Assembly (NCBI GenBank): GCA_963707485.1
Contig: CAVPQS010000077.1
Span: forward strand, 646-64,645
Reading direction: 5' to 3'
DNA: 64,000 nt
DNA from: an uncultured bacterium
Lineage (GTDB): Bacteria > Zixibacteria > MSB-5A5 > CAIYYT01
The notes beneath the pieces are model-generated. The model saw nothing but the letters and a program-made list of their open reading frames with translations. It was not told the DNA's origin and made no database searches. Position numbers and translations under genes: made by a program. Below, piece by piece: positions 18,864 through 28,756 of this stretch (position 1 is its first letter; the number at the start of each line of letters is the position of its first letter).

Positions 18864-18897
18864 AAAACGGCCGCCAAATTTAATCGGCGACCGTTTT
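18864..18897 (-). terminator. Hairpin terminator candidate downstream of the 18932..19747 gene
   Basis: AAACGGCCGCC-aaatttaat-cGGCGaCCGTTT. On the minus strand it is followed by TTTTCTGC. Confidence 0.35.
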
Positions 18898-18931
18898 AGT
18901 AAACTTTTGTGGGGTAGTGTTTTACGGCTGG

Positions 18932-19747
18932 TTATTTCCCGCCGCCCGCCGGTGGCACGACTTTTGGTGTTTCCGCGGGTTCCGGCGCGGCGCCAGGCGT
19001 CGGCATCGGTTTGGCATTCTTGGGCATGACAAATAACGAATCGGCGATGGGGATATTGACGGCAACAGAGTCAAAAGTGATCATTTGCTGCATCGACTGT
19101 CCGCCCATTTCGAGTTGGGAGGAAATGCTGAATGGAAAAACGATTCCGCCGACTTCCTTGTGTTTGGAGAAATTCTGACTAGTAGCGGCGCTCGTTTCCC
19201 GCAACAGATAGTACGTCTGCGCGTCAAAGAAATATTGCGTTGTGTCGTGGCCAGCCGTCACAAATTCGACTTTATAGGCCTTTGCGCCCTTGACGACGTC
19301 TTCCCCAAGATTTTTGGCGGTTGCGCCCTTCTTTTTGTAATCGAGGAAAACAAATTGGTCGGATTGCTTGTCCGCCTCTTCCTTCTGCTTGCCGGTCAAC
19401 ACGTAAGTTTCACCCATCTGAGTTGCCCAGGCTTCGGTACCGTTGGTGCCACCGCCGCCGACCACCATATTGTTCATTGAAACTTCAACATAGCTTTTAG
19501 CGGGCGGTATCAAATAGGTTTGCATCTCTAAAGCCATTCCCTGTGCGAACATACTGCCCTTCAAGTACAGGCTTTTGACGCCGCGCATAGCGGCTTCGCC
19601 GCCGGAGGCTTCGACATGCTTGGCGATAATTTCATCGCCGGTCATTTCCGCCATAACGGGGACTGCCGACAACACGAACAGCGCTAACATCAGTGCACAA
19701 ATCTTCTTCATCAAAAATACTCCTTCAGACTCTCGGTTTAGTGTCAT
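18932..19747 (-). CDS. LolA-like outer-membrane lipoprotein-sorting family protein (secreted)
   Basis: Signal peptide MKKICALMLALFVLSAVPVMA (Met at 19711), beta-rich body, Pro/Ala-rich tail. Confidence 0.45.
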   Translation of the reverse strand: MTLNRESEGVFLMKKICALMLALFVLSAVPVMAEMTGDEIIAKHVEASGGEAAMRGVKSLYLKGSMFAQGMALEMQTYLIPPAKSYVEVSMNNMVVGGGGTNGTEAWATQMGETYVLTGKQKEEADKQSDQFVFLDYKKKGATAKNLGEDVVKGAKAYKVEFVTAGHDTTQYFFDAQTYYLLRETSAATSQNFSKHKEVGGIVFPFSISSQLEMGGQSMQQMITFDSVAVNIPIADSLFVMPKNAKPMPTPGAAPEPAETPKVVPPAGGGK

Positions 19748-19907
19748 GTACTACGTTAGATTCTAAAAAATTGCTTGAACCAGCGCAACAAGTTTGAATC
19801 CGGCTCGCCGCGATTTTAGTTGCTAAGGATAAATCCTACCTCTATAATAACTGCATCAAGAGTCTACAATAAAGGGAGTCGAAGGTTTCAAACCAAACGG
19901 AGGTAAA

Positions 19908-20498
19908 ATGAACCTAAAGGCTAAGTTGTTAATAGTCATGCTCAGTGTCCTGCTGATCAACACAACGAGCTACGGCTTTCGCTTCTCGGTCGGCGGCTTT
20001 GGCGGTCTGAATATTCCGATCGCGCAAGAAGACACCGAGTCAGGGACGGCATTTGGGGCTAAGGCGCGCATTCCTCTTTTGGGCTCAATTGGTATCGAAC
20101 CGAATATCATGTGGGCAGAGAATGGCGACGCCCAATTTGATATTGAGGGCGGTTGGAACACTTCGATGGAACACGAGGGCGGCAAGTATACCAGCTTTGG
20201 CGTCGATCTGGTATTTGGAAGCATCCAGGGCTACAAGGGTTTTGGAGCTTACGGCATCCTGGGTTATTCTTCCTCAAAATTTGAAAAGAAGGGTATTCCA
20301 GATCTAACGGAAGGCACTTACTGGTTGGGTTTGGGATTCGAGTACGGATTCACCGATCAAATTTCCCTCGACGTTCGCGGCAAGGCGTTCATCTTTCCAT
20401 ACAAGGATGAAACCAATCCAAACAATGACGACAAGGGTTCCCGCAAGAACGGTCTGATCACGGTCGGTTTGAACTATTACTTTGGTTTTACGGAGTAA
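19908..20498 (+). CDS. Outer-membrane beta-barrel protein (OmpW/OmpA-like small barrel)
   Basis: Signal peptide, alternating-hydrophobic strands, Gly/Tyr/Phe-rich, C-terminal ...NYYFGFTE. Confidence 0.55.
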   Translation: MNLKAKLLIVMLSVLLINTTSYGFRFSVGGFGGLNIPIAQEDTESGTAFGAKARIPLLGSIGIEPNIMWAENGDAQFDIEGGWNTSMEHEGGKYTSFGVDLVFGSIQGYKGFGAYGILGYSSSKFEKKGIPDLTEGTYWLGLGFEYGFTDQISLDVRGKAFIFPYKDETNPNNDDKGSRKNGLITVGLNYYFGFTE

Positions 20499-21050
20499 GT
20501 GAAAATGAAAAAAATTCTGCCGATTGCTATCAAGACATTGATTATCGGGCTGATTGCATTTTTGTCGATGGGAGCGAACTGTATCACCAGCGGGAACGTG
20601 ATGGTTGTTGAGTATTTGCTTCCAATGCACGCCCAGACTGGGGTGACGATTACTCCCGGCGATGTTGACTTGTCAACCAATTCGGATTGGAATGATCACA
20701 AGGAGGACATCAACGGTATCGACGACCTTGGATTTGCGTGCCGGATAACGAACAATACCGCCGCCGCCGCGTCGGGACAGCTTTACGTTTCTGCCAATGA
20801 CAAGGATTACACGACGGAGGGGGCGATTCGCAACAACGCGATTCTCGTTCTTGACGGAATTGTCGTACCGGCAGGGGGAACTCGCGCGATCGAGTGGCAG
20901 GAGTCATACGACTATCTGAAGAACTTTGATCAGGTCAAAGAGGTAATTTTTGGCGAGCAGTTTCATTACTACTTTATCGCCGCAGAGACGCCATTCAATA
21001 TCGATGTGACGGACATCGTGTTATTCATGTCGATCAACGGCAAGCCGTAA
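20499..21050 (+). CDS. Putative lipoprotein, hypothetical
   Basis: Signal peptide ending LSMGANC (lipobox-like). 183 aa. Confidence 0.45.
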   Translation: MKMKKILPIAIKTLIIGLIAFLSMGANCITSGNVMVVEYLLPMHAQTGVTITPGDVDLSTNSDWNDHKEDINGIDDLGFACRITNNTAAAASGQLYVSANDKDYTTEGAIRNNAILVLDGIVVPAGGTRAIEWQESYDYLKNFDQVKEVIFGEQFHYYFIAAETPFNIDVTDIVLFMSINGKP

Positions 21051-21076
21051 TCAACTCGAAATCTATTTTCTATATA

Positions 21077-21106
21077 GGGGCCCCGATTCGTCGGGGTCTT
21101 TTTTTT
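21077..21106. terminator. Rho-independent terminator between convergent genes, possibly serving both strands
   Basis: GGGGCCCCGA-ttcg-TCGGGGTC followed by T8. Confidence 0.7.
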
Positions 21107-21119
21107 GCTTTGGCTGCCT

Positions 21120-21752
21120 TTACCCAAGCCCAGGGAATAATTGGAGCAAGCCGGTAGCGATAAACTCGACGGCAATTGCCGAGAGGATCATTCCCATTGT
21201 GCGAGTCAGAGTGTTAACTCCTGTGCGTCCCAGTTTGTGACTAAGCGGTATAGAGAGTCGGAGCAGTATCCATGTCAAGAACGATACAAAAATGACAGAA
21301 AAGATGACAAATCCTTTGGCGGACCAGCCTTCGCCACGGTGAGCAAAGACAATCACGGTGCTAATTGCCGCCGGTCCCGCGAGCAGCGGCACGGCGAGCG
21401 GAACAACAGCCACGTTTTCCTTGGTAACAGCTTCTTTTTCTTCTTCGGGTGTTTGTTTTGCGGGGCTGACCTTGGCGTTGAGCATCGAGATCGCCAATAG
21501 TAGTATCAGAATTCCGCCGCCGACTTGAAATGATGCCAGCCGGATTCCGAGCAATTTCAGCATTGGTTCGCCGGCAAGTGCGGCGGCAATCAGGACGACT
21601 GCGGCGGCAATCGATGCAACTCTGGCGGTATGTGCCCGTTGTTTCGAGTTTTCGTCGGCGGTGATGCTGATAAAGATCGGAATCGCACCGAATGGGTCGA
21701 CAATGACGATGATCGCCGTTAAGATTTCCAGATATTGATACCAGTCTAACAT
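21120..21752 (-). CDS. MarC-family integral membrane protein (UPF0056)
   Basis: AIIVIVDPFGAIPIF N-terminal motif. 210 aa, about 6 TM. Confidence 0.8.
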   Translation of the reverse strand: MLDWYQYLEILTAIIVIVDPFGAIPIFISITADENSKQRAHTARVASIAAAVVLIAAALAGEPMLKLLGIRLASFQVGGGILILLLAISMLNAKVSPAKQTPEEEKEAVTKENVAVVPLAVPLLAGPAAISTVIVFAHRGEGWSAKGFVIFSVIFVSFLTWILLRLSIPLSHKLGRTGVNTLTRTMGMILSAIAVEFIATGLLQLFPGLG

Positions 21753-21855
21753 AGTTTGTTACCCTCAATATGTTAGCTTTAGCATTAGCGACAACGACAT
21801 TTTCGGTGGCGACTGACGCGGCCAAGGCATACCTTATTGGTCGACTAAGGGCGAT

Positions 21856-23766
21856 TTGAGTCAAAGAGCCGATTTGAACAGGAGGAATTCGATGGATCCC
21901 AATGAAATTCGGGAGTTCCTGAATCATATTGAATTATTCAAAGACCTCGACCACGATGAAAGAGAGTTGCTCGTTGCCGGCATTGTGGTGCATGAATACG
22001 AAGCGCACACGCTGCTTTTCGAAGAGAACACAGCGCGTTTAGAGATGTATATCATCTTTCAGGGGGAGATTGAGCTGCTTAAGCGGACGCCTTACGGCGA
22101 GGACGCGCGGCTGACGGTATTTTCACGGTTTGATTTCTTTGGCGAAGGCGCAATCATGGAAGACTACCCGCACAACACCTCAGCGCGAACTCTGCTCAAA
22201 TCGACTATTCTCACTATCAGCCGCGATCGTTTTTACGAGTTGTCGCAAGAGCGGCCGACAATCGGACTCAAGTTAATCTCCCGAATCGCCCGGGTTATAT
22301 CGCGGCGGATGCGTCAGGCCAGCACGCGAGTGGTAAACGTTGCCGCGCAGTACGTATCGGGTCAGACGCGGTCAGAGCACGACTTGCTCGGTGACCGCGA
22401 GGTGCCGTCGGAATATCTCTACGGTATTCAAACCATGCGAGCACTGGAAAACTTCAATATCAGCGGAATCTCGCTGGCATACTATCCGGATTTTATCAAT
22501 GCACTTGCCATGGTCAAGATGAGCGCTGCGAAAGCGAATATGGAACTGGGGCTGCTCACCGAGCCGGTGGGGCAAGCGATCATACAGGCTTGCACCGAGA
22601 TCAGGCACGGCCGTTGGCATACGCAATTTGTCGTGGACATGATTCAGGGCGGCGCCGGGACCTCGACCAACATGAATGCGAATGAAGTTATCGCCAATCG
22701 TGCCCTTGAAATCCTCGGGTATGAACGCGGCGATTACAAGCATTGCCATCCCAATAATCACGTAAACTTGTCGCAGTCGACAAATGACGCTTATCCAACG
22801 GCATTAAAGATCGCACTCATCAACGCCAACGGCAACCTGGTGGCAGTGTTGAAGAAGCTGATTGCATCTTTCTACGCGAAAGCGGAGGAGTTCAAGGGCG
22901 TCATCAAAATGGGGCGAACGCAGTTGCAGGATGCTGTGCCGATGACCATGGGGCAGGAGTTTGAAGCTTATGCGGTGATGCTGGAAGAAGAAATAGATCG
23001 ATTGAATCAGAATGCCTCACTCTTCCTGGAAGTCAATATGGGCGGGACGGCGATTGGCACTGGGATCAATGCCGATCCGCGCTATTCGAGCATTGTGATC
23101 AGCCATCTTCGCGAAATCACCGGTATGGATATAAAGCTCGCGAAAAATCTGGTGGAAGCGACGCAGGATACGGGCGCCTTCGTGATGTATTCGTCGGCGA
23201 TCAAGCGGCTGGCAGTAAAGCTTTCAAAGATTGCCAACGACCTGCGGCTGTTGTCATCGGGTCCGCGCGCGGGGCTCAATGAGATCAATTTGCCGCCGAT
23301 GCAGCCGGGATCGTCAATTATGCCGGGCAAGGTCAACCCGGTCATTCCTGAAGTGGTGAATCAGATTGCCTTTCTGGTAATCGGCAATGACCTGACTGTA
23401 ACCATGGCTGCCGAGGCCGGCCAGTTGCAGCTAAATGTAATGGAGCCGATCATAGCTCACAGCATATTCGAGTCAATCGAAGTGCTCAAAAACGGCATGT
23501 TTACTCTCAAGCACCGCTGTATTGACGGGATTACGGCCAATATCGAACATTGCCGCAAGACAGTGCTTAATTCAATTGGATTGGTGACGGCTCTTAATCC
23601 TGTTTTAGGGTATGAAGCTTCGACCGAGTTGGCAAAGGAAGCGCTTCGGACGGACCGCAGCGTCTACGACTTGGTTTTGGAAAAAGGTCTCCTTTCGCCG
23701 GCGCAGCTTGACAAACTCTTATTACCGGAAAACATGATCCAACCCATCGATCGAGATAATGCTTGA
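21856..23766 (+). CDS. aspA: Aspartate ammonia-lyase (fumarase/aspartase class II) fused to an N-terminal cyclic-nucleotide-binding domain
   Basis: Residues 15-160 or so read ...LFKDLDHDERELL...FGEGAIMEDYPHNTSARTL..ISRDRFYEL..RIARVISRRMR, a Crp-type cNMP-binding domain. The rest matches aspartase: LLGDREVPSEYLYGIQTMRALENFNISG ... GSSIMPGKVNP signature. Confidence 0.8.
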   Translation: MSQRADLNRRNSMDPNEIREFLNHIELFKDLDHDERELLVAGIVVHEYEAHTLLFEENTARLEMYIIFQGEIELLKRTPYGEDARLTVFSRFDFFGEGAIMEDYPHNTSARTLLKSTILTISRDRFYELSQERPTIGLKLISRIARVISRRMRQASTRVVNVAAQYVSGQTRSEHDLLGDREVPSEYLYGIQTMRALENFNISGISLAYYPDFINALAMVKMSAAKANMELGLLTEPVGQAIIQACTEIRHGRWHTQFVVDMIQGGAGTSTNMNANEVIANRALEILGYERGDYKHCHPNNHVNLSQSTNDAYPTALKIALINANGNLVAVLKKLIASFYAKAEEFKGVIKMGRTQLQDAVPMTMGQEFEAYAVMLEEEIDRLNQNASLFLEVNMGGTAIGTGINADPRYSSIVISHLREITGMDIKLAKNLVEATQDTGAFVMYSSAIKRLAVKLSKIANDLRLLSSGPRAGLNEINLPPMQPGSSIMPGKVNPVIPEVVNQIAFLVIGNDLTVTMAAEAGQLQLNVMEPIIAHSIFESIEVLKNGMFTLKHRCIDGITANIEHCRKTVLNSIGLVTALNPVLGYEASTELAKEALRTDRSVYDLVLEKGLLSPAQLDKLLLPENMIQPIDRDNA

Positions 23767-23852
23767 TCGGCGCGAATTAAGCTGTATCATTATCTCGATG
23801 TTGGATTTTCTGACTATTCCTGCACAAACGGTAACGATAAGGACAGGTTTAA

Positions 23853-25532
23853 ATGGGTAACAACCTGCGCTATAATGTAGCTGATCAGCGCCTTTCATAC
23901 AGTGGTCCGGTGGTAGAATTCGGATTTGAAAGGGACCGGGTAATCGAGTTTAATCACCGCCATGGTGCGGCGCTCGGGAATTATGAACTTCAATTGGAGT
24001 CCTGTTCCATACTAAATCTGTGTGATCGGATCAATCATACATCAAACCTCGGGGCATTGCGCAATCGCCAAGTGCGGCAATCAGTTATTGTTTCGGCTGC
24101 GATGTCAGCGATTTCGGTTGGTCTCCATGGACGCGGCAGCCTAAATGCGGTGCCCAAGCATCTGGTGACTTCCGAACTCAAGAACAATCTCAAACGCGCC
24201 AATGACCGCACGGCTGCGCAGGTCATGTCGGAAGTCCTGCAGACGACGACCGAGACATTGCCGGTTGGCGAAGAGGTCATTATCGAATCGGCGATTACCG
24301 AGGGTGTGCGCGTAAAACCGGGTGTTGAAGCGGGCGGCAATCCGACAATTGCGGTCGGCGCAGTTTTTGGCAAGCCGGAACATCGGGCGAAGTACGGACT
24401 TAAACTTCCGCAAAATGTATCCCTGCTATCGCTCGGCAATGACGTCATCGACGGTACGACCAAGTCAGTTGAGGGCTCGCACTCGAGCTTCACAGCTATG
24501 GTCGTGACCGAATCGGGGGTTAAACGTCACTTGCCTGATACTTACGTTCAGCGCTGGTTGGCTGGTGTTCATTTCGAAGAATTCAACCCGCGCGAAACGA
24601 AACTGGTCGAGATCGCAGAAATTTTGTCGGGCGCCTACGGTTATTCGTCCAAGGATAAGCTCAGCACATTTTTCCTTGATCGGCCGCGACACACCTATGC
24701 GATGGATATTCTCAACAAAGCCGGAGTGGCGACGCCTTTTGATAAAGACGGCGATTTGATGCCGGGAATAGTGCTGGGATTTCAGGGTCTGGCGTTTCCG
24801 GATGGACGGTCGCTGTCATCGATGATCGGTGAAATCGGCGGTTCGGCCGAGTGGGCCGTAGGAGTATTGCCGCTCGTTTGGCGCGGCGGCCAGGCAATCG
24901 GAATGCTGACCAGCCAATCCTCGCTGACGCGCAAAGATCTGTCGCCGGAGGAATTGTGGAAGGAACGCTTCCACTTCACCGAAGAAGAATTCATGCTGAT
25001 TCAAGATGCACGCTTCCAACGCAAACCATACTTCACGATTAGCGACATTCTCGACAACCCGATGGCAGGCGGCATCAGCGCCTTTGGCGCGATCACGGAC
25101 AATTTTTTCATTCCTTATCTGGAGGGTGTCCGCGCCGACGCAGAGCTCAACCGCGTTAGTGTCAACGTCCTGACAGTGAATTCGATTGGGATGGTTGATG
25201 TGTGGCAGATGGTTTATCGCTGCAACAATAATCTCGCAGAAACTGCCAGTTTAATGGTGTCACCAAAAGAGAATTTTGAACATCTTTGCGGAGCCGAGCT
25301 CGAAGAGGCAATCGGCAAGATGCTCAACGACAAGCGAACTCGCGAACGCTATTTGATATTTTTCGGTAATGAGTATTATCCCGCGCTGATTCCGATCCAT
25401 GATAAGATGGTTCTGCTATTGAAAGCAGTGCACGGCCTAATAGAACGCGGCGCGTGGACAGAGAAGGACCGCGAGATAATAAATTGCACTCAGCGATTGG
25501 CTCCGGAGCTGTTCGTGAACTCGGTGTCGTAA
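23853..25532 (+). CDS. glpX: Class II fructose-1,6-bisphosphatase (GlpX family) with N- and C-terminal extensions
   Basis: LGNDVIDGTTKSVEGSHSSFTAMVV is close to the GlpX DPIDGTT motif, and DRPRH and FDKDGDL match GlpX KPRH and IPDGDVA. At 559 aa it is well above the usual 330 or so. Confidence 0.6.
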   Translation: MGNNLRYNVADQRLSYSGPVVEFGFERDRVIEFNHRHGAALGNYELQLESCSILNLCDRINHTSNLGALRNRQVRQSVIVSAAMSAISVGLHGRGSLNAVPKHLVTSELKNNLKRANDRTAAQVMSEVLQTTTETLPVGEEVIIESAITEGVRVKPGVEAGGNPTIAVGAVFGKPEHRAKYGLKLPQNVSLLSLGNDVIDGTTKSVEGSHSSFTAMVVTESGVKRHLPDTYVQRWLAGVHFEEFNPRETKLVEIAEILSGAYGYSSKDKLSTFFLDRPRHTYAMDILNKAGVATPFDKDGDLMPGIVLGFQGLAFPDGRSLSSMIGEIGGSAEWAVGVLPLVWRGGQAIGMLTSQSSLTRKDLSPEELWKERFHFTEEEFMLIQDARFQRKPYFTISDILDNPMAGGISAFGAITDNFFIPYLEGVRADAELNRVSVNVLTVNSIGMVDVWQMVYRCNNNLAETASLMVSPKENFEHLCGAELEEAIGKMLNDKRTRERYLIFFGNEYYPALIPIHDKMVLLLKAVHGLIERGAWTEKDREIINCTQRLAPELFVNSVS

Positions 25533-25651
25533 GGCTCTCTCGCTCAAGCTCTTTTTCGGCAGTGGCTTAGCGCTATTGTGGTTGCGCGGCAATTAATCAA
25601 ATCTTAACCAAAAACTCGCCACATCTTTAAGTCTCCCCGGTTATCAGTACG

Positions 25652-26494
25652 ATGAATGCTTTTGACCACCAACCGGAGAATGATGTGAATCTTGAATTTC
25701 TCGAAAACGGAAATCTGCCTGAGCCGGTCCACACGTTGATTGTCTCGGACGTGCACTTGGGCTCGCGGGTAAGCCGCGCAAGTGAGTGCCTGGAATTGCT
25801 TGAATCATACCGAACCGACAAGCGTCGGTGGAAATTCAAGCAACTTGTCCTGCTTGGAGATATCTTTGACGATCTGAACTTCAACCGCTTGAATAAGCAC
25901 GCCTGGAAACTTGTCAGCTTGATCCGCGAGATAACCGACGAAGAGAGCAGCGCCAAAGTGGTCTGGATCCTTGGCAATCACGACGAACTCCTTGTTCCAC
26001 TCATGGCGCATCTGGTCGGAATCACGGTTCATGAAGAATACGAATGGGGCATCGGCAACAAGCGCTTCTTTGCGATGCATGGCCAGCAGTTCGACAAGTG
26101 GATCATGAAGTACCCGAATATCAGCAAGATTCCATCCTGGATGTATGACGTTATCCAACAACTCGACGGTCCCAAGCAGCGATTGAGTCGCTTCGTCAAA
26201 GAAAAGAGCAAGACCTGGCTGCGCATAAACGCCGAAGTTGCGCGTGGAATCGTGAACTATGCTTCGCGCAAAGGTTACAAAATCGACGCGGCGTTTTGCG
26301 GGCATACGCACATTGCGGAAACAATCGAGTTTGCGGAGCAGGGAATTAGTTACTACAACACGGGGTGTTGGACCGGGAAGCATGCGCCAACGTTTGTCAC
26401 GATTTCGAATGCCGGCGAAGTTCAATTGCACGAGTATCAGTTCGAAGCGGAGGCGAGGTCCCCGCACGGACAACTAATTGGCGCCGTCGCATAA
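25652..26494 (+). CDS. Calcineurin-like metallophosphoesterase
   Basis: DVHLG...GDIFD...GNHD...GHTH metal-ligand motifs. Confidence 0.75.
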   Translation: MNAFDHQPENDVNLEFLENGNLPEPVHTLIVSDVHLGSRVSRASECLELLESYRTDKRRWKFKQLVLLGDIFDDLNFNRLNKHAWKLVSLIREITDEESSAKVVWILGNHDELLVPLMAHLVGITVHEEYEWGIGNKRFFAMHGQQFDKWIMKYPNISKIPSWMYDVIQQLDGPKQRLSRFVKEKSKTWLRINAEVARGIVNYASRKGYKIDAAFCGHTHIAETIEFAEQGISYYNTGCWTGKHAPTFVTISNAGEVQLHEYQFEAEARSPHGQLIGAVA

Positions 26495-26511
26495 GTTTCG
26501 AAAACCGATAA

Positions 26512-27381
26512 TCACTGCGTCTTAGTTCGCTTTTGCGCGATGTAAACCCCAGACAAAACTAAAAATCCGCCGATTGCTGTGAACAGCCCGAATTGCTCAT
26601 TCAAGTACGGAACCGCCAAAGTCGTTGTGGCAATCGGTTCGAGGAAGAGGAAAATCCCTGCCCTTGATGCGCCAATGCGCTTGACACCTTCCTGCCAAAA
26701 CCAGTGCGCCAAAGCTGTCGCCAGCACTGCCAGCACCAGGAGGGCGACATACACATGTGCGGGCATGTGCAGGAAGCTACCCCAGTCTGAAGTGAACAAC
26801 ATATAAGCAAGCATGAGCACGCCCGCAGGAAGGAGAACGCCAATTGTGACTATTAAGGGGGGCTGCGAGCGCGTGAGGTTGCGGGTGACTACCGTATAAA
26901 TCGCCCAGGTATGAGCGGATGCCAGGATCAACCAATCCCCGCCGTTTTTCAGCCATTCCAGATTCATTGGATTGCCATGCGAGACAAGCAGAAGAACTCC
27001 GATTGTGGCGACAAAGATTCCGGCGATTTCGAAACGGCCAATGCGCTCTTTGAGAAATAAGTAAGACAACACGACTGTCACCAGCGGTGTGATTGAAATT
27101 ATCCAGCCGGTATTTGTCGCTGATGTGTACTGGAGTCCGGTAATCTGAATTAGGAAGTGTGCGGTAATCACGGTCGTCCCGATGGCAAGTTGCTTCAACA
27201 CCAGCGGGTTGCGATCGAATTTGGCGCCGTTTAATCGAGCCATGATGAAGAGAATCGGGAGCGCAATGAAGACGCGGAGGCCCAGCAGTTCAACGGGCGA
27301 GAGTACCTCAAGGCAGACCTTTGTCGCGACGAACGACCATCCCCAAACGATTACAGCGAAGAGCAAGAAGAACGCAGACAT
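26512..27381 (-). CDS. EamA/DMT-family transporter
   Basis: Ten hydrophobic helices and two EamA-like halves. Confidence 0.8.
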   Translation of the reverse strand: MSAFFLLFAVIVWGWSFVATKVCLEVLSPVELLGLRVFIALPILFIMARLNGAKFDRNPLVLKQLAIGTTVITAHFLIQITGLQYTSATNTGWIISITPLVTVVLSYLFLKERIGRFEIAGIFVATIGVLLLVSHGNPMNLEWLKNGGDWLILASAHTWAIYTVVTRNLTRSQPPLIVTIGVLLPAGVLMLAYMLFTSDWGSFLHMPAHVYVALLVLAVLATALAHWFWQEGVKRIGASRAGIFLFLEPIATTTLAVPYLNEQFGLFTAIGGFLVLSGVYIAQKRTKTQ

Positions 27382-27420
27382 ATTAATTAATGGTGAGTTT
27401 ATGCAGTCGCCAAAAGCGAG

Positions 27421-28515
27421 CTAAAGCCATTTATTCCGCCGGAAGAACCAAATCAAGCCTCCGACTGTTGCCAGGGTTACCGCCCAGAACATGACATAGC
27501 CATATTTGAAGCCGAGCTCAGGCATGTTCAGCGGCCCGGCGCCGGTGTCAAAATTCATTCCGTACACGCCTACCAAGAAGGTCAGTGGTATGAAAATGGT
27601 GGAGATGACCGTTAGCAGGCGCATAATCTCGTTGGTTCGGTTGCTCAGGCTGGTCAGGTAGATTTCGAGCAGACCCGAGACCATTTCGCGGTTGGTCTCG
27701 ACGCTGTCTGCGACCTGCACGACATGCTCGTATAGATCGCGCATGTAAATGCGAGTATAGTCATGGATTAGCGACGAGTCGGATCGTTCAAATGATCCGA
27801 GCACTTCCCGCAGCGGCCAAATCGAGCGCCGCAATTCGATAAGCTTGCGCTTGAGTTCGTAAATCTCTTCCAGATTATCCGGGCGTGGATTTTTTACCAG
27901 TCGATTTTGGCAGAGTTCGATCTTGTCACCGACATGCTCGAGAACAATGAAGTAGTGGTCAACAACGGCGTCGATTAACGCATGCGCAAGATAATCGGTG
28001 CCGAGAAATTTCTGTCGGGGTACGGTTTTTCGCAGGCGTTCACGGATAGGATCGAAAACGTCTCCGGCCACTTCCTGAAAAGAGACTACATAGTTCTTGC
28101 CGATCACGAGGCTGACTTGCTCGGTGAGAATGTTGGCTCCGCCGTCTGGGACGTAGAGCATTTTCAGCATGGCGACAATGTATCCACCCATATCGTCAAA
28201 CTTGGGACGCTTGTTGGTGTTGACGATGTCTTCAAGAATTAGCGGATGCAAGCCAAATTTCTTGCCAACGCTATCGACGATGTTGATATCATGCACGCCC
28301 TCAATGTTGATCCAGACTACCTCCGTAGACTCCGGGGCAACGACGATTTCATCCATTGAAGCAGCACGGAATTCCTTGATACTTGTCTGGTCGTATTGGA
28401 GGACGTCGATTGTGACTTTATCAGTTCGCTCGACGCCGACGTAGATTAGCGACCCGGGTGTGGCGCCAAGTTTGCTGGATATGCGATTTGATGGCTTCTT
28501 CATAACGGGTATCAA
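27421..28515 (-). CDS. corA: Magnesium/cobalt transporter CorA
   Basis: C-terminal ...YGMNF... signature and two C-terminal TM helices. 364 aa. Confidence 0.88.
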   Translation of the reverse strand: MIPVMKKPSNRISSKLGATPGSLIYVGVERTDKVTIDVLQYDQTSIKEFRAASMDEIVVAPESTEVVWINIEGVHDINIVDSVGKKFGLHPLILEDIVNTNKRPKFDDMGGYIVAMLKMLYVPDGGANILTEQVSLVIGKNYVVSFQEVAGDVFDPIRERLRKTVPRQKFLGTDYLAHALIDAVVDHYFIVLEHVGDKIELCQNRLVKNPRPDNLEEIYELKRKLIELRRSIWPLREVLGSFERSDSSLIHDYTRIYMRDLYEHVVQVADSVETNREMVSGLLEIYLTSLSNRTNEIMRLLTVISTIFIPLTFLVGVYGMNFDTGAGPLNMPELGFKYGYVMFWAVTLATVGGLIWFFRRNKWL

Positions 28516-28756
28516 AGAATATTTCGAATCTCTTCAGACAATCAAAGATAGTTCATGTCCGGCGGCAAGAATAATTGCGCAACAAGCCAAGGAGCTTGCC
28601 GAAATAAGTTTACAGACAATCTTCGCTTTCAACACATGCCTGCAGCCCAATAAAAACAGGATTGGCGGCAGTTAATACCAGCTTCCGTAAAACGGGAGGA
28701 CTGGAGAATGTGCGTCCGGCAGGGAACTGGTTTTTTTTCCGTCTTTTTCTATTATT

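Noticed and set aside
25805-26473. 222-aa minus-strand ORF
   Set aside because: Completely antisense to the metallophosphoesterase, which has all four metal-ligand motifs.
28516-28756. Possible Mg2+ (M-box) riboswitch upstream of corA
   Set aside because: No recognisable M-box conserved stretches by eye, and the short ORF 28460..28675 here is likely spurious. A covariance-model scan would be needed.
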